In this document: piece after piece, positions 28,050-41,106 of the stretch | Numbering within the stretch: position 1 is the first letter of the stretch | Layout: each line of letters begins with the position of its first letter | DNA from: Catajapyx aquilonaris | Lineage: Eukaryota | Reading direction: 5' to 3' | Assembly (NCBI GenBank): GCA_000934665.2 | Contig: JYFJ02000699.1 | Coordinates: 62,001 to 114,898, forward strand | Length of the DNA: 52,898 bases | Made by a program: the position numbers and the translations under genes | Notes under the pieces: generated by a model | The model's database searches: none | What the model saw: only the letters and a program-made list of their open reading frames with translations | Told to the model about the DNA's origin: nothing

Positions 28050-28060
28050 CTATTTAAAGG
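28050..28060 (+). promoter_or_regulatory. Candidate TATA box of the esterase-like gene
   Basis: ctatttaaagg in a GC-rich context about 60 bp upstream of ATG 28113. Confidence 0.45.
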
Positions 28061-28112
28061 CGCCGTACTGCTCGGTTTGCTGCTCTATTCGCGAAAAATA
28101 CTTCGAAGCAAG

Positions 28113-31100
28113 ATGTTCCTGTTGTCGTTTCTCTTGGTTTCCACTGTGGCTTCGGCCACTGTGCCTTCGATGGTCAACACCACTTCTGGTGTACTGACCG
28201 GTGTCCGATCTGATGGTGTTACTCGGTACCTTGGTGTACCGTACGCCCAATCGCCTGTCGGACACGGACGGTTCAGACCACCGATGGAGGTCGATGACCA
28301 CGGGGTTGTGGACGCTACAAGGTACGGACCATCGTGTATCCAGCCTCCGTTTGCGACGGAGCTGATGTACCCGCAGTTTTCCACGAGAGAAATGGAGAAG
28401 TCGTTGAGCGAAGACTGCTTGTCCCTCAATGTCTTCGTGCCTGATTCATCCTCCGAAGACCAGATGCCTGTCATGGTGTGGATACCTGGAGATGGGTTCA
28501 ACTATGCTGATGCATCAGAGTACGACGCATCTTCGTTGGCCAGAACCGCTGGTGTCGTTGTCGTCACTGTCAACTACAGAGTTGGTGAGTATTCTGCAAT
28601 ATCCGTCAATAATTGGGGTGAGATTGTGCCCGGTGGGGTGAGATTGTGCCAGCTCATTTTTTTTTTGAACGAAAGTGCAACCCTACAGAGAATATTTGCT
28701 TGGCTTGTCATTGCCAGCCTTTGATCATCCCTAGAAACATGCCTAAATTCGATGGTTTGTGACTGCTGCCAGTATAGGGCGCAATGTTGTGCCAAAAAAT
28801 GTGTTGGCACAATCTCACCCCACCTGGAACAATCTCACCCCCAACTGACGATACATTAGTGTCATTATCAAAACCAGGCTGTCTTATGTTATCAAAAGTG
28901 ATCTGGTTACAGGCATCAACTGAACGATTAAGTTCATATCATACATATTCATACATAATATAAAGCAGAAAGTTTGTTGGCAAATATGTAACGGCTACCT
29001 AACCAACTTTCGTACTATTGAGAGTGCTGAAACTTGGTACACTGATGGCCTATACCTGCCTCTGGTCTCCTGCTAATTTCCAATATGTGAAACATTTTCA
29101 CAATTGGTCCACCTCCAATTGGGCAATGAAATTACTTGCTGAATTTTGAAATTACAATTTTTTTTTGAAAGCGTTCGACCGGAAGATAGCCTGGTTTTGA
29201 TAATGCCATGTACTTCAGGATGTATCCTGGAGCTATGCAACCATCAATATTTGTCTGGTACTGATGGTTTTGATGGCGTCAGGATGTGTTTGTCCGCAAC
29301 TTTATTTTTTTGCCAATTTTACACGAAAAATGTGTGCGACGTCACAGAGAACAATACTCTTTGAACCTTCAATATATATATATATTTTTTTTGGGGGGGG
29401 GGGGGACGATGTACATATGGCGCACACTGGATTCCTAGAATTGAAAGGTATTAGCCAGCACCACATTCCTTATTCGCACAACGACCCCTGCAGCATTTAT
29501 TTGGCAACAACAATGCCTCTGCGCTCAATACCGCGCATAGCTTCTTACCCCCCAAAAAACAATGCCTTTTTTTTTCTTTTCTTACGACTTGTTTTGTACA
29601 AGCTGGCGTCTTAGTAAGTCTATGAAGGAAATATTTTTCTGGATTGTTTACCCCCCCTCCGAAGCAACCAACTTTTAGGAGAGAAACAACATGGCACTTA
29701 TTGTTACACACACAAAAATACCAAAAATTTGGGCCGATTGTTGGCAACAACAAGTAAACAATAATTCCTCTATTGAACTCTCTTATATACCAAAAAGAAG
29801 AACCGGACTTAGCCCCAATATGGGTTATCTCATAGTCCCAATAACCTAAAAATCTCTGTCGAAGTCAGACAGATACTGTACAGAGTAACTGGTCCATAAA
29901 TTAACATCGCGACCTTGTAACACTGTACTCAATGGGCATGAATAATTACTCCCGCATTTTCTTAATTCTTCATCATCACAAAATAAAGCCCCCACAAGTA
30001 AACACACTAGGATCCTTTTTTTTAAAAAAAAAATGATTTCGCAATTATTGTTTCATATTTCGCACGACGCAATATCGCGATCATTGTCCTCTCGTCCTTG
30101 CTTCCCATAGATTACGAGTGACTGTACGTAAATGTTATTCAGCACTACTGATAGTCAGCACAAGGTTTCCGATTGCTTCCACTCAGGCGATTCGTTTTTT
30201 TTAATGTAATATTCGCAACACGCTTAAATTCGCACTTGTGCGAAATGCGTGCGAAAATATATTGGCTGGGAGAGAGAGAGGTGAAGGGAGATCAAGTTGG
30301 ATGAACGATCAAGGACGAGACACTACAAGTTGTGTAATTTTTTTTCTCGCTCAAAGTGACTTGGCCTTGACTCTTTTTTTTTTTCATTTTTCTTTAACTT
30401 GAAGCTGGATCTTCCCAAACTTGAAATAATTATTACGTAACATCGGATATTTTAACCAATCGTTTTTTTTTGGTTAATGTCAAGGACTTTTTCAGATTGA
30501 AAAATTGTTGCGGGTTTAATCAATTGAAGCAACGGATTTTTTTTTTTCCTTTTTCTTTTCTCTTAACGAACCTGAAAGGTCATTTCCATGTTTGCCCCTT
30601 ATGTAACGTCCGGATTTGTTTACGACCGTGTATGTATAGAATCCTATGTATACATAAAATGGCGTCGTTATAAATGGCTCGATTAATAATTGCAACATGA
30701 GGAAATCAAACAAGGTCGACACTTTATCGGATATGCAGAAAACGTGGTGCATTTTTACATCAGATCGGATTGGATTCGTCATAATATTTCCAACCATCCT
30801 GTGGGCGGTTACTCTCTAATTAATTTTTATCAGCAACAATTGCAATTTTTATCAACAACAATTGCAAGTTTTATCAGCAACAATTATTAGGCTACAATTT
30901 TTATCAGCAACAATTGTAATGTTTATCAACAACAATTTGTCATCTTTATCAAAATTATTTATTGTAATGTTTTTTGGCCATTGTTCATTCTAGGTCCATT
31001 TGGCTTCCTGAGTGTCAAGAATGAATCTGCTCCTGGAAATGTGGGACTTTTGGATGTGGTTGAGTCGCTTAGATGGATTCGCAAAAATGCAGGTGCATTT

Positions 31101-33716
31101 GGAGCAAATTCCCAGTCAGTCACTGTCTTTGGACACTTCTCTGGAGCAATGGTCATCTCCATGCTTCTGGTGTCACCAAAGACGCTGGACCAAGATGGAC
31201 GTCCAATATTCCAGAGAGCAATCCTCCAGAGCGGACTTGCATCAGATCCTTACACATTCGACTCAAATCCTAACCAGGTAAGTTGTAATAATTGTGCAAA
31301 TTATTTTTTTATATATAAAAAACGGGACATACCAAGAAAGCGACATTGAAACGATGTGACATTGGTGAATGGACAAGTTAAAAGAATGGGGACAGGAGTA
31401 GACGACATTGAAAAAACCGGATTTTCTGGTGCAAAAATGGACGATGACATAACAAAAAAAAAAGTTGCAGACACCCAAGTTAGCACAGGTCGGGTTCAAG
31501 GATAAAAATTCAGGTTGGCGAAATACGGTAGTTGATTAGTTTTTTTTTAAGGGGGGGGGGAGTGGGTGAGCCAGACTTTTTCACTTTCAATGCCAACTTG
31601 CGCAACTTTGGGCTGCGAAAAATTGAAAACCGGAATCCATGACCTTGACCTCTTTAGTCAAAATAAAAATAATTGGAAGCATGACTTTCGATGGGACCCT
31701 TTTTCCGTCTGTGGGTTGCGTTGTTTCCTTGCATAATTGAAATTAAAAGCATGTAGAATCCATCATTAGAAATACTGTTAAAAATTAATTAGAGCAATGC
31801 AGGGGATTGCAATTTTTTTTTGCACACAAAAATAATTTGCATGATGACTTGGCTGCTAAATTGTCGGTGGTTGCGTTTCTCGCTAATTTTTCTTTGCACA
31901 ATTAAAATAAATGCACTAGAATATCAATATCAAAATATATCATGGATAATATGAAATTAGTACAATGCACTTTTTTCACACACAGTAATGTGCAAGACGA
32001 CTCATTTTCACTTAACGGATAAATTGTATTATTTTTCTGAGTACTTTTGCTTAGCTTTTTTAAATTTTGTCTTTATAGGCTGCTGACCAACTGATGGACA
32101 TTACGGGATGCAGGGAAAAGGAAGATCAGGAATTGCGGCTGAAGTGCCTGCGTGACATCCCGGGCGGTGAACTCCTGACGGCTAGTCTTCAAGTGCCGCA
32201 GATGTGGAGGCCTGTGATGGATCCAAACGTGGTTCCAGATGACCCTCTGTCCATGGTCCATCGGGGTCAGTACCATCGTGACATTGACCTCATCCTGGGC
32301 GAGACAAGTGATGATGGCTCCTTGTGTCTCCTGTCACACTAGTGAGTATTAATAAACTGCTGTATGAACCATAGAGCAATATATTTGCCCTATGGATTAG
32401 ATTAAAGTGTTCAAAATCCAATTAATGTGATATAGCCCAGGTCTATTACCTTTTTTGACACTATAATGCTATATCGACAATTTGTGACAAGGCATGTCTT
32501 TGAACTTACAAAATGATAACACAGGTCATTGGTATGCTGAAGTGATTTCTGTCACGCATTATTTGAAACATATATATGTAAATACTAATCTGAGTCATGT
32601 GCTTCGCAGTAAAGTTAATACACTCCCAGGGCATCCACCTTCACCGGACTGTATAATACAGTATCATGTGCCTAGAGTTCACGTACATCTTTGCTTGACC
32701 CTTCTTGATATATCAACTAGCTATGTCCCATCCTAATAATCTTTGGTGCAAACCGAACCTATGCTGTGGCTTCAGTGCAATTATATGACTTCTCTCTTCC
32801 GCAGTTACCTCCAGACTCCTTACTACAAGGATCTGAAGTCCGACACCTTAACGCAAAGTGGCTTCCACTCTCTGGTGCAGGCTGACCTTCGCCAGTACTT
32901 GGGCATGAGCGATCCAGTGGCTCTGGCCGTTGTCTCTCATGAATACCTGTACTCTCCACCACGCTCTTTGGCCTCCAACCGCCAGCGTTACTTCAACTTC
33001 TGCACTGACCTGTACTTCAGACACAAGGCAGAACAGATGGCTCAATCTGCTGCTAGATATGGGACAAAAGTGTATCGCTACCTATTCGACCATCGTCCCA
33101 GCACGTCTCCTCACCCAGATTTCTTCCGAGCTGCCCATGGAGACGAACTCCCTTTCATGTTCAACGTAGTCGGAGACGATGCCACTCAAGAAGAAATGGA
33201 TCTGGCAACAACAATGGCCAGCACATGGGGACAGTTCGCACGTACTGGGTAAGCATTTTAGGCTGATTCTACCCAATAGTTCAACCCATTAGCAAATCAC
33301 ATTACAAAATTCCCCTGGTAGACTTGACCAGCTCACTTCCAAACTTGTAAAAAAAAAAAAAAATGGGGGCAGAGAAAGTTGTGCCTCAACTTGGCATTAA
33401 TTCAAGTTCCTCGACCTTGACATAGACTGTTCCCAGCTTTAGTCCATTCATCACTTTCTGACGGCAGACAAACCATATATAAGAAACCAAAAAAAAAGAA
33501 GTCCGGCTACATTGGTTTCCTTTTTGCTCTTTCCTCAGGGATCCAAACCTGCCCAAAAATGGCATCAAATGGCCCCGTTTCGAGCTGGAGAACATGCAGT
33601 ACCTTCGCTTCACGGCCAACATGAGCGACAATTCCATTGAGTCATCACGATCGCACGAGAGGGAAACTCACTTCTGGACGTCGGTGGTCCCACTCTTTCT
33701 CCGCAACGAGCGATAA
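28113..33716 (+). CDS. Secreted type-B carboxylesterase/cholinesterase-family protein, probably non-catalytic (~546 aa)
   Basis: Exons 28113-28584, 30994-31277, 32079-32341, 32805-33248, 33539-33716 (1641 nt). Signal peptide MFLLSFLLVSTVASA. Motifs: YLGVPYAQSP..RFRPP, SEDCLSLNVF, PVMVWIPGDGF, VVVTVNYRVGPFGFL, GNVGLLD, TVFGHFSG, FQRAILQSG, AAHGDEL, WGQFARTGDPN. Confidence 0.92.
28602..28851. mobile_element. ~250-bp MITE with TIRs containing duplicated GGGGTGAGATTGT motifs
   Basis: Left end tccgtcaataattggggtgagattgtgcccggtggggtgagattgtgcc; right end ggcacaatctcaccccacctggaacaatctcacccccaactgacga. TA on both flanks. It sits 17 bp downstream of the esterase exon 1 donor. Confidence 0.8.
30822..30970. 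repeat. ~22-bp degenerate minisatellite, ~6 copies
   Basis: Unit aatttttatcagcaacaattgc, ending about 25 bp before the esterase exon 2 acceptor. Confidence 0.8.
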
Positions 33717-34802
33717 ACATTGCTTAAAAATTTCCCAATACGAGAAGTTTCTCCACTAAGAATAATGGAGTCGAAAAAAAATGAGGAGTCTGAAAAGCTC
33801 CGAAAACATTTCGAAACATTCTATAGTATCGGACTATCGGCAACTGCATTACGACTTCATTACTCTTGGCAGTAGAAACAATCATACTACAGTAATAATG
33901 TTACTGCGTTTTTTCTCAATGGAGAGCACAATGGAGAGCCAGAGGTGAAGTCAAAAAAAAAACCCTGGAAATGTTCGACACCAATGTATACATACACACC
34001 CCTGCAAAGTTGTATGTTAAATGTAGTACAAAGCAAAGAAAAAGGTTTTTAGACTTTTAGGTGCACGTAGTTTGAATATATTTTTTGGGCCAGACTTTCA
34101 TAGTCTCTCAAGAAGTGGGTACAAGTTCCAATAGTTTACTGCAGTTTAAAGACAATGGTCAGATTTGGCATAAAAAAAAATATATGAAGGAATGAAACAA
34201 AATGTGTTGTTTTGGTACATATCAAACTTTTTGTCAAGTCATTTCATGTTCATAAATTATTTCAGTGGCTGTTCGTGTCTGACTTTTTTGCATTTTTTTG
34301 TATATAATGTGTGTGTGTGTAAATAGTCAACCTCTATGTTTTAATAAAAAGTATTTTATTTTTAATGAACCTTCCCGATTATTATTATTATTATTCCAAA
34401 AAAGCATCCAAACAATCACATCAAGGCCAGAGAAACATGTATATTACCAGATATACAGTATATGAAAAATGCTATAAAAACTGAGCTTCCTCGCATTTAA
34501 AAAAAACAACGACTAGAACAACACAAATGCATATATCACATTAATATGCTGCAGCCACAGCCACATTTTGTCCATAAAATGTGTGGAATCAGTTGTCATG
34601 TTGTGACTATAAAAATGGCTATAAAATGGCTTCAACTTAGTATCAAAAAAAAAGAGGAACACATGGTGATGGCAGGCTTACAAATAGTGCGCAAAAATGC
34701 CAACATTCTAGTCTATTCGTTACACATGACTATTAATTGCACGATGTTTGGAAAGATCACCCCCCTCCCCACTTTACTCCCTGAATTAAAAACCTCGTGG
34801 AA

Positions 34803-37800
34803 TCAATTACACTTGATTTTCTTCCGCATCCGACGCGAAGTTCCATTAGAAACTCCGTTGCAGGCAGCTCCGTTTTTGAAGGATTCCGATTTCTTTTGCT
34901 GAAAAGACACACAGAAACAGTTATCATGATTTGGCATTAACAGACCTTAATATGTGGCCTTCATATATCATACGGAAAAAAAAAGTTAAATCTAACGTAC
35001 GATTGAATGTAGCCATAGCACAGGTCAAGCACTCTCTAAAGAAGAAGAAACAATGACTAACATAAATATAAATAAAAACAAATGTACACTAAAGATATAC
35101 ATGTGATGCAAAGGTAAATACAGACAAGTCCAAGCAATCACGAAAGAAATCATTATATAAGCATGTGAAAAAAAAAGTGGGAGGGGAGATAACCTACATT
35201 TACTGTACACAAAACGGAAATACATCAGTAAACAATTATCCTTCACCCATTTCTTCTCTCATCGTTAACATCACATTATAATACGTGCTGTACTATACAA
35301 GCATGCTACACAAGTCTTTTTCTACCCGTAATCACGTACATTAAATTAGACGTGCACACAGTTTCTGACGACATTAAAAATTATCGGTTAAGTTATGTAA
35401 AATAATTAAGACACTGCGCACAGAGATTATTGGGAGTAAAAGAGTATATAATGTGTTCAGATAATTTCGAAGGAATGGTTTTTATGGGTCGGATAATGCA
35501 AGTTACTTTCCATGTAATAATAATGATAAATTATTATCGTATTATATAATCTCCTGACCTTTCCCTTCCAAGCACTGTATTGTCTATATTTCTCATATCA
35601 CAGTTTTTCCTTATTGAACTTCTCATGAAATTTTTACAGTGCATTATCCTGATTGCACTTGGCGACAGAATGACCTTGCGATTAATTTGGTAAGAACAGT
35701 ATATGCAATCAAGTACAAAATGTGGTCAGAAATAATTCCACAAAACGCACATGCAAACGAACAACGTCAAATGCATGCAAATGATGTATCTTGGCTTCTC
35801 CTACAATGACAACAAAAAAAATTTAAAACAGGATATAACACTTTAAGAATAAACTTTGTTTTAAAAAGCCCTCAAAACGCAATGCTTATTTCCAAGACCT
35901 GCAACTTGTTTGTTGAAAATAAGTTTTAAGCCTACAGAGAGAGGACTTGCAATATTATCAGAAGTAACAAAAGTGTCACCTTCTCATGACCAAAACTTGG
36001 ATAAAATTCTGGTTTATCTGGCTTCTGCAAAGTTCCTTCTCGCTCCTGAAAAAGTGACAGAAAAATGACTTTGACTGGGTTTTGGAAATAAGCCATTTGA
36101 AATAAGGACATGTACCCCCCCACCCACCCAATCTCAGTTCATGGCCCAAACGGCAGGTTATCCGATATGAAGAGTCAATACAAACAATGTCGCAGAAATA
36201 TCCCCCTCACTGCATGCCAGATGCTAGCAGAACTACATGTTTCTGTAATTATCCAAACGTCCACTAACAAAATTATTAATGGGATATCTCATACGAAATC
36301 TCTCGTAACAATCCGAAGCTATATGGACGTAGTTCAAGTGCGATTTGCACATACTTGCTCCATCCTATGTGCTTCAGAATTTAGCTCACTTCTATATCAA
36401 TGTAATTTCATTCTGTCGCCATACTTTCACATACCTTTTGAGAGCTCAAAAAAGTGTATTGCTACATTTACGTGTGAGGCAACAAGGGTTATAAAAACGA
36501 GTGTTAGATTATTGCTTATATGGATGCGAGTTAAATTCTGACGTGCATATGGTGAGGCAGGTCATACACTAACCATAACAACCCGTCTAAATGCGGAATT
36601 AACATATAAATAGTTTCCATGCTGACACAATTTTGCAACACTCAAACACTATAATTTAAAATCCTCAATCATTCAATATACTTTGTATAAATATTTTAAA
36701 AATATAAATATAAATTTTATTTTCTGTACCCAGTTCTAGGGATATTTTTATTACCCTCGGTGGGCACTCCAACCATCCGATATAAAATGGGAAATAAATG
36801 GTTTGCATTAAAGTATGAAGCTGTTTCGGACAAGTGTTATATCAAATTTAAGACTATAACATATTAACCAGATATTTGTCAGACTACTGACCTACTCATA
36901 TGATAGTTAATCAAATGAGGAGTTTAAAAAAAGGCGTTGTTTTTTGTGTAAACGTCTGGGTAATAATCGGTCGTATCCACTGCCAAGGGCACCCCTGAGA
37001 AGATTTTTTTTTTTTGTAGAAACCAGAATAGATGAGGTCAAAAAACCTGCAGACTCAATGCTTATCATGACAAAAAAAAAATCCTGTCACATCAACAAAA
37101 AATATATTAATATTTGTTTACTAACGTAGTTGAACTTGATATACTTCCTGGATAAAAAGTTATACATTTTATATTTCTTAATATTAAAGTACGATAAGCT
37201 CTTTCTTTAGACTAATAACCTTTAATAATCGCAGCACATGCAATAGTAATCTCGAAGTCACTGACTTTTTACTCCTACTGGATGCTTCCATCAATCCTAT
37301 ACAGGGAAAAATGATTTCTTGCAGTAATGCTCGTTATGTGCGCAAAACAAATGGTTTTGTGACACATAATTTATAATAATACGCTCTGTCCAGTTTACGA
37401 ATGTTGAAATCTTGTAAATGAAAGCATACATTTATTTTCCCACGTACTGAATCAGGTAAGTGCCATATTTATAAGTTACTATAGGCTTACATGTCTCCAG
37501 GTGTTTTAAAAATAATAATGTGCCATACACTACTGACGATCTGGCTCAAGGCTACTCCAGTAGTTATCAAACGAGAACAATATCAAGTGAGTTATACATC
37601 CGTGAAGTGATGACTACCTGTCTGTAAGATATATGGAATAGATATATCACTTCTCGTATTGATCGGAAAAAGTGATCCACTGATAGCAGTTCGGAAAAGG
37701 CTGCACAATGAGTTGATTTTGTCCAGTGTCACTATACATAAATGCGCATTTCCGGGTGGATTTCACAATGTCCTGCGATAGACTGGAAAAAGACCTGCAC

Positions 37801-40584
37801 AGTTGCATGTCAATGTTACATTTTGCAGTGTCATGCAGTTAAATGGTGCACCCTCTGAATGCTATAAGTACAGTATTTCCTATTCAGAAACATATCCTGA
37901 ATATACTGGCATTACTTCAAATAAACAATTGTGAAAAAAAATTATCAATTGTAACGGAGCACTTGAAATATTCAAGCCTCACTTACAGTACTGACCTTGC
38001 TCAATAAGAATTGTTTATAAATGGACAGACCAATCAATGATGAAATAAGTCTCTATAGTTCATGAGTTATGCTATGCATGAAACAACATAAACAAAGCAA
38101 CCAATCCGCTTTACCTGAATTATTATTTGATTGCATATTGACAACAGTATTAGAAACTACAGACATTTTGTTGGTCCTAGGCAGAGCAAATCAGCCCGAG
38201 TTTACAAAGACAAGATCAAATGAGGCTTGGGACAGGATATGAACTATTGACCTCCCATTTGGCCGGCCAGTGAACCACTAAACCAGTGCTATGGATTTTT
38301 ATATGGTTTCCGAAATATTACAACACTAAACAGGATGTCATATTCCATTATACAAGTTTCTGGAAGTTTACTAATATGCTTATGACCCCCTGCTGACGCG
38401 ACAAAATATTGGATCATGACCTGTAACCCCCTACATGCCCAACAAACTAGGACTTAAAATAACCCTTCAATCTATAATTCATTTAAAAAAATTGCTGAAT
38501 GCAATAAAAAAAATAATCTGGGCCCAGGTTGAGTAATAAATTGTTCAACCGAGTCGTCTTTTGGGCAATATCTCTTCATTTTGACGCAGGCAGCACACGT
38601 CTGAAAATTTTCTGGTACTGTCAGTTTTTGCTTCCAGTTGGTGTCCTTACCCATTCGCATACTTTCCTATCAATTATTTTTACACCTTACCTTTAATTTA
38701 CTATGATACACACAATATAAAATCACCTGTCATAAAACCTGATCATTGATTACTGCAAAAGACACAAGCCAAATTTGAGGGCCAAAAAAAAATGTAATAT
38801 ATATTTGCAAATATACGATCTCAATGCAAATCAATATGGGTAATTCCACAGAAAGGAGGCCCATTAGGAGTAATGTTTGACGGACAAAGTCATGGGCACG
38901 TCACAATTGATCTCTGACGTTGTCTGAGGTCGCAAGAGGGCAAAACGAAACCAAAATTGACTGATTACTGACAATCAGGGTTTGTCAAACTATGGTGCAA
39001 TTGCAGGGTCAACATTGATAGCTCATAAGCCCACAGATGCGGATACTCACCCTAAGCAGGTAGGCATGCCTATAAAAATTCCCAAATAGGATGAGGAAGG
39101 TGGCCATGTAGAAGACGAGAGCGTATTGCATCCAAAGGGGGAAGTCGCATCCCTGCACAATTGCGTGGGTTCCCAGGATAAGGGCGGAGGTGAATTGCGC
39201 TAGTTGTATGATGGTGAGGTACTTCTTCCACCAGAGGAAGGGCCGCACCCACTCTCCGGTGGCAGTCAGGCCATAGTACACATACATCAACACGTGAACA
39301 AAGCTGTTCAGCATGGCCCCTATGACGGAAGAACCCCCTGCCACCCATTTCATCCCAATCCACCACAGGCAGAACATGCTCGAGTGGTGGTACACATGCA
39401 GGAAGGTCAGCTGCCCCTGCTTCTTGCGCAAGATGAAAAAGATTGTGTCCACAAACTCAAGCAGCTTTGAGAAGTAATACCACCAGAGTGCGGACGCAAC
39501 TCTTACGTGGTCTGGCTCATATGAGTAGTTGACCGGCTCGCAAAGCCAACTGTAACGAAGCTTCCGTTGCATCGTGGCCAGCTCGACCGCTATGTACAGG
39601 TTGAGACCCGCCATCCCGAGGTTGTACGGGATTAACAGCCATGTGAGATCAAATGCTTTGCGATTCTGCATCATTCTGGGTCCGAAAGCCACCAGGAGAA
39701 GATAGCTCAAGGTCAGTACAACGGTTGGAATAGGCGAGTGCATCAGAAACCAATCTGCAACCCGCGCATCTGTAATAAAACCAGCACAATTGCAGGTAAC
39801 GACTAGAGTAGGTCAACTATCCCCTGAAATAAAGCCGAGAATTAATAGATTTACAGAGCTCATAGAATAAAACCCAAGTTTAATTGATTAAATAAATGAA
39901 TGAATGGCTGAATAAATGACCGCATGAAAATAAATAAATAAAGAAATCATCATCTTTCACGGCTTTTTCCCAGAAGACTGGGGTAAATAAATAAATAAGC
40001 AACGAATGGAAAATAATAAATAAACAATGAATATAAAAATAATAAATAAGCAATGATTGAAAAATAAATAAATAAACACTGAATGAAAAATAAATAAATA
40101 AACACTGAATGAAAAATAAATAAACACTGAATGAAAAATAAATAAATAAACACTTGAATGAAAAATAAATAAATAAACACTTGAATGAAAAATAATAAAA
40201 CAATTGATGAAAATAGAAAATAATGAATGTATGAAAAATAAATAAAAAACTACGAATGAAAAATGATAAATAAATAAATAAATAGCCAACTTGTTCTTAC
40301 ATAATTACAATAAATAAATAAATAGCCAACTTGTTCTTACATAATTACAATAAATAAATAAAACTAGAAATAAAACCAAAAAATTACCTGACCAGACGAA
40401 ATGGCAAATGATACGTGTCGCGTGCACCAACATTTATCCTGGCGCCCATGCCTGTATTTATGAAATGTATTATATTAATATAAAGTATAAATAATTATTA
40501 TATAATATATAAAAAATTAAATTAATAACCTGCAATGGTGAGGGTCCATTGATAACCCTGATACAGCCTCAGTACCGTATCCAT
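34803..40584 (-). CDS. ELOVL4: Very-long-chain fatty acid elongase, ELOVL4-like (~289 aa)
   Basis: Exons 40584-40530 (MDTVLRLYQGYQWTLTIA), 39769-39051 (DARVADWFLMHSP ... YYFSKLLEFVDTIFFILRKK, LHVYHH histidine box, NSFVHVLMYVYY, WWKKYLTIIQLAQF, LFGNFY) and 34898-34803 (QKKSESFKNG...RKKIKCN*, basic ER-retention-like tail). Total 870 nt, phases consistent. Confidence 0.88.
39880..40362. repeat. AT-rich (AAAT)n-derived compound satellite plus ~40-bp direct duplication
   Basis: Units of aaataaataaacactgaatgaaa, and ataaataaatagccaacttgttcttacataattacaat twice (~40274-40351), in ELOVL intron 1. Confidence 0.85.
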
Positions 40585-41106
40585 CTCTTGAGCGAATACG
40601 GTATCCTGGCTTAAGCCCACATTGAAAGGCAACTTGCGGAAAAAAAGCGAGGCTGGCTGGCAGTGTAGATTACATATAGGGTCAGGGGCCGCCCCTGGGT
40701 GCCAACCACGGGTACTGAGCTGGTCCTGGGTAGCCCGGAAATGGGTGTAAAAAAGGACCCAAAGATGTAACCGGGTCGAACGGGAGGAAGTGCATTGATT
40801 TTACGTGGAAAGTGGGTGTGGATGACACATTGGACACATTGGACGACAGATGGCAGCACATATTCACATCCGAATTTAATTAATATTGTACATACTGGCA
40901 ATTACAGGGTTATAATTGCGTATTGAAGTGTATAGTGCACTTTACTTATTAAATTAAAATTGTTCTTTTAATATTGATCTGACAACAGTGGCCCCTGTGG
41001 GAATTGGATCTGGCAACCTTGTAAGGATGGGGTCGATTCCAAGATGGCGGCGGTTCGAAAAACTTATTCAGATCGATATTGCGGATTGAAGGGCTTTTGA
41101 TTCAAG
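40585..41106. promoter_or_regulatory. Putative bidirectional promoter ELOVL4-like/WDR17 with WDR17 non-coding first exon
   Basis: The genes are divergent. TGGCAAC at 41011 and YY1/TISU-like CAAGATGGCGGC at 41040-41051. Donor AAG|gtaaag at 41107 and acceptor tttttcag ending at 41701 lie upstream of the WDR17 ATG. Confidence 0.55.

Noticed and set aside
30030..30260. Clustered TTCGC/GCGAA motifs suggesting a decayed DNA transposon
   Set aside because: No definable termini or TSD, so boundaries cannot be supported.
39880..40289. Three overlapping F/I/Y/L-rich ORFs resembling membrane proteins
   Set aside because: Translation artefacts of the (TTTA)n satellite.
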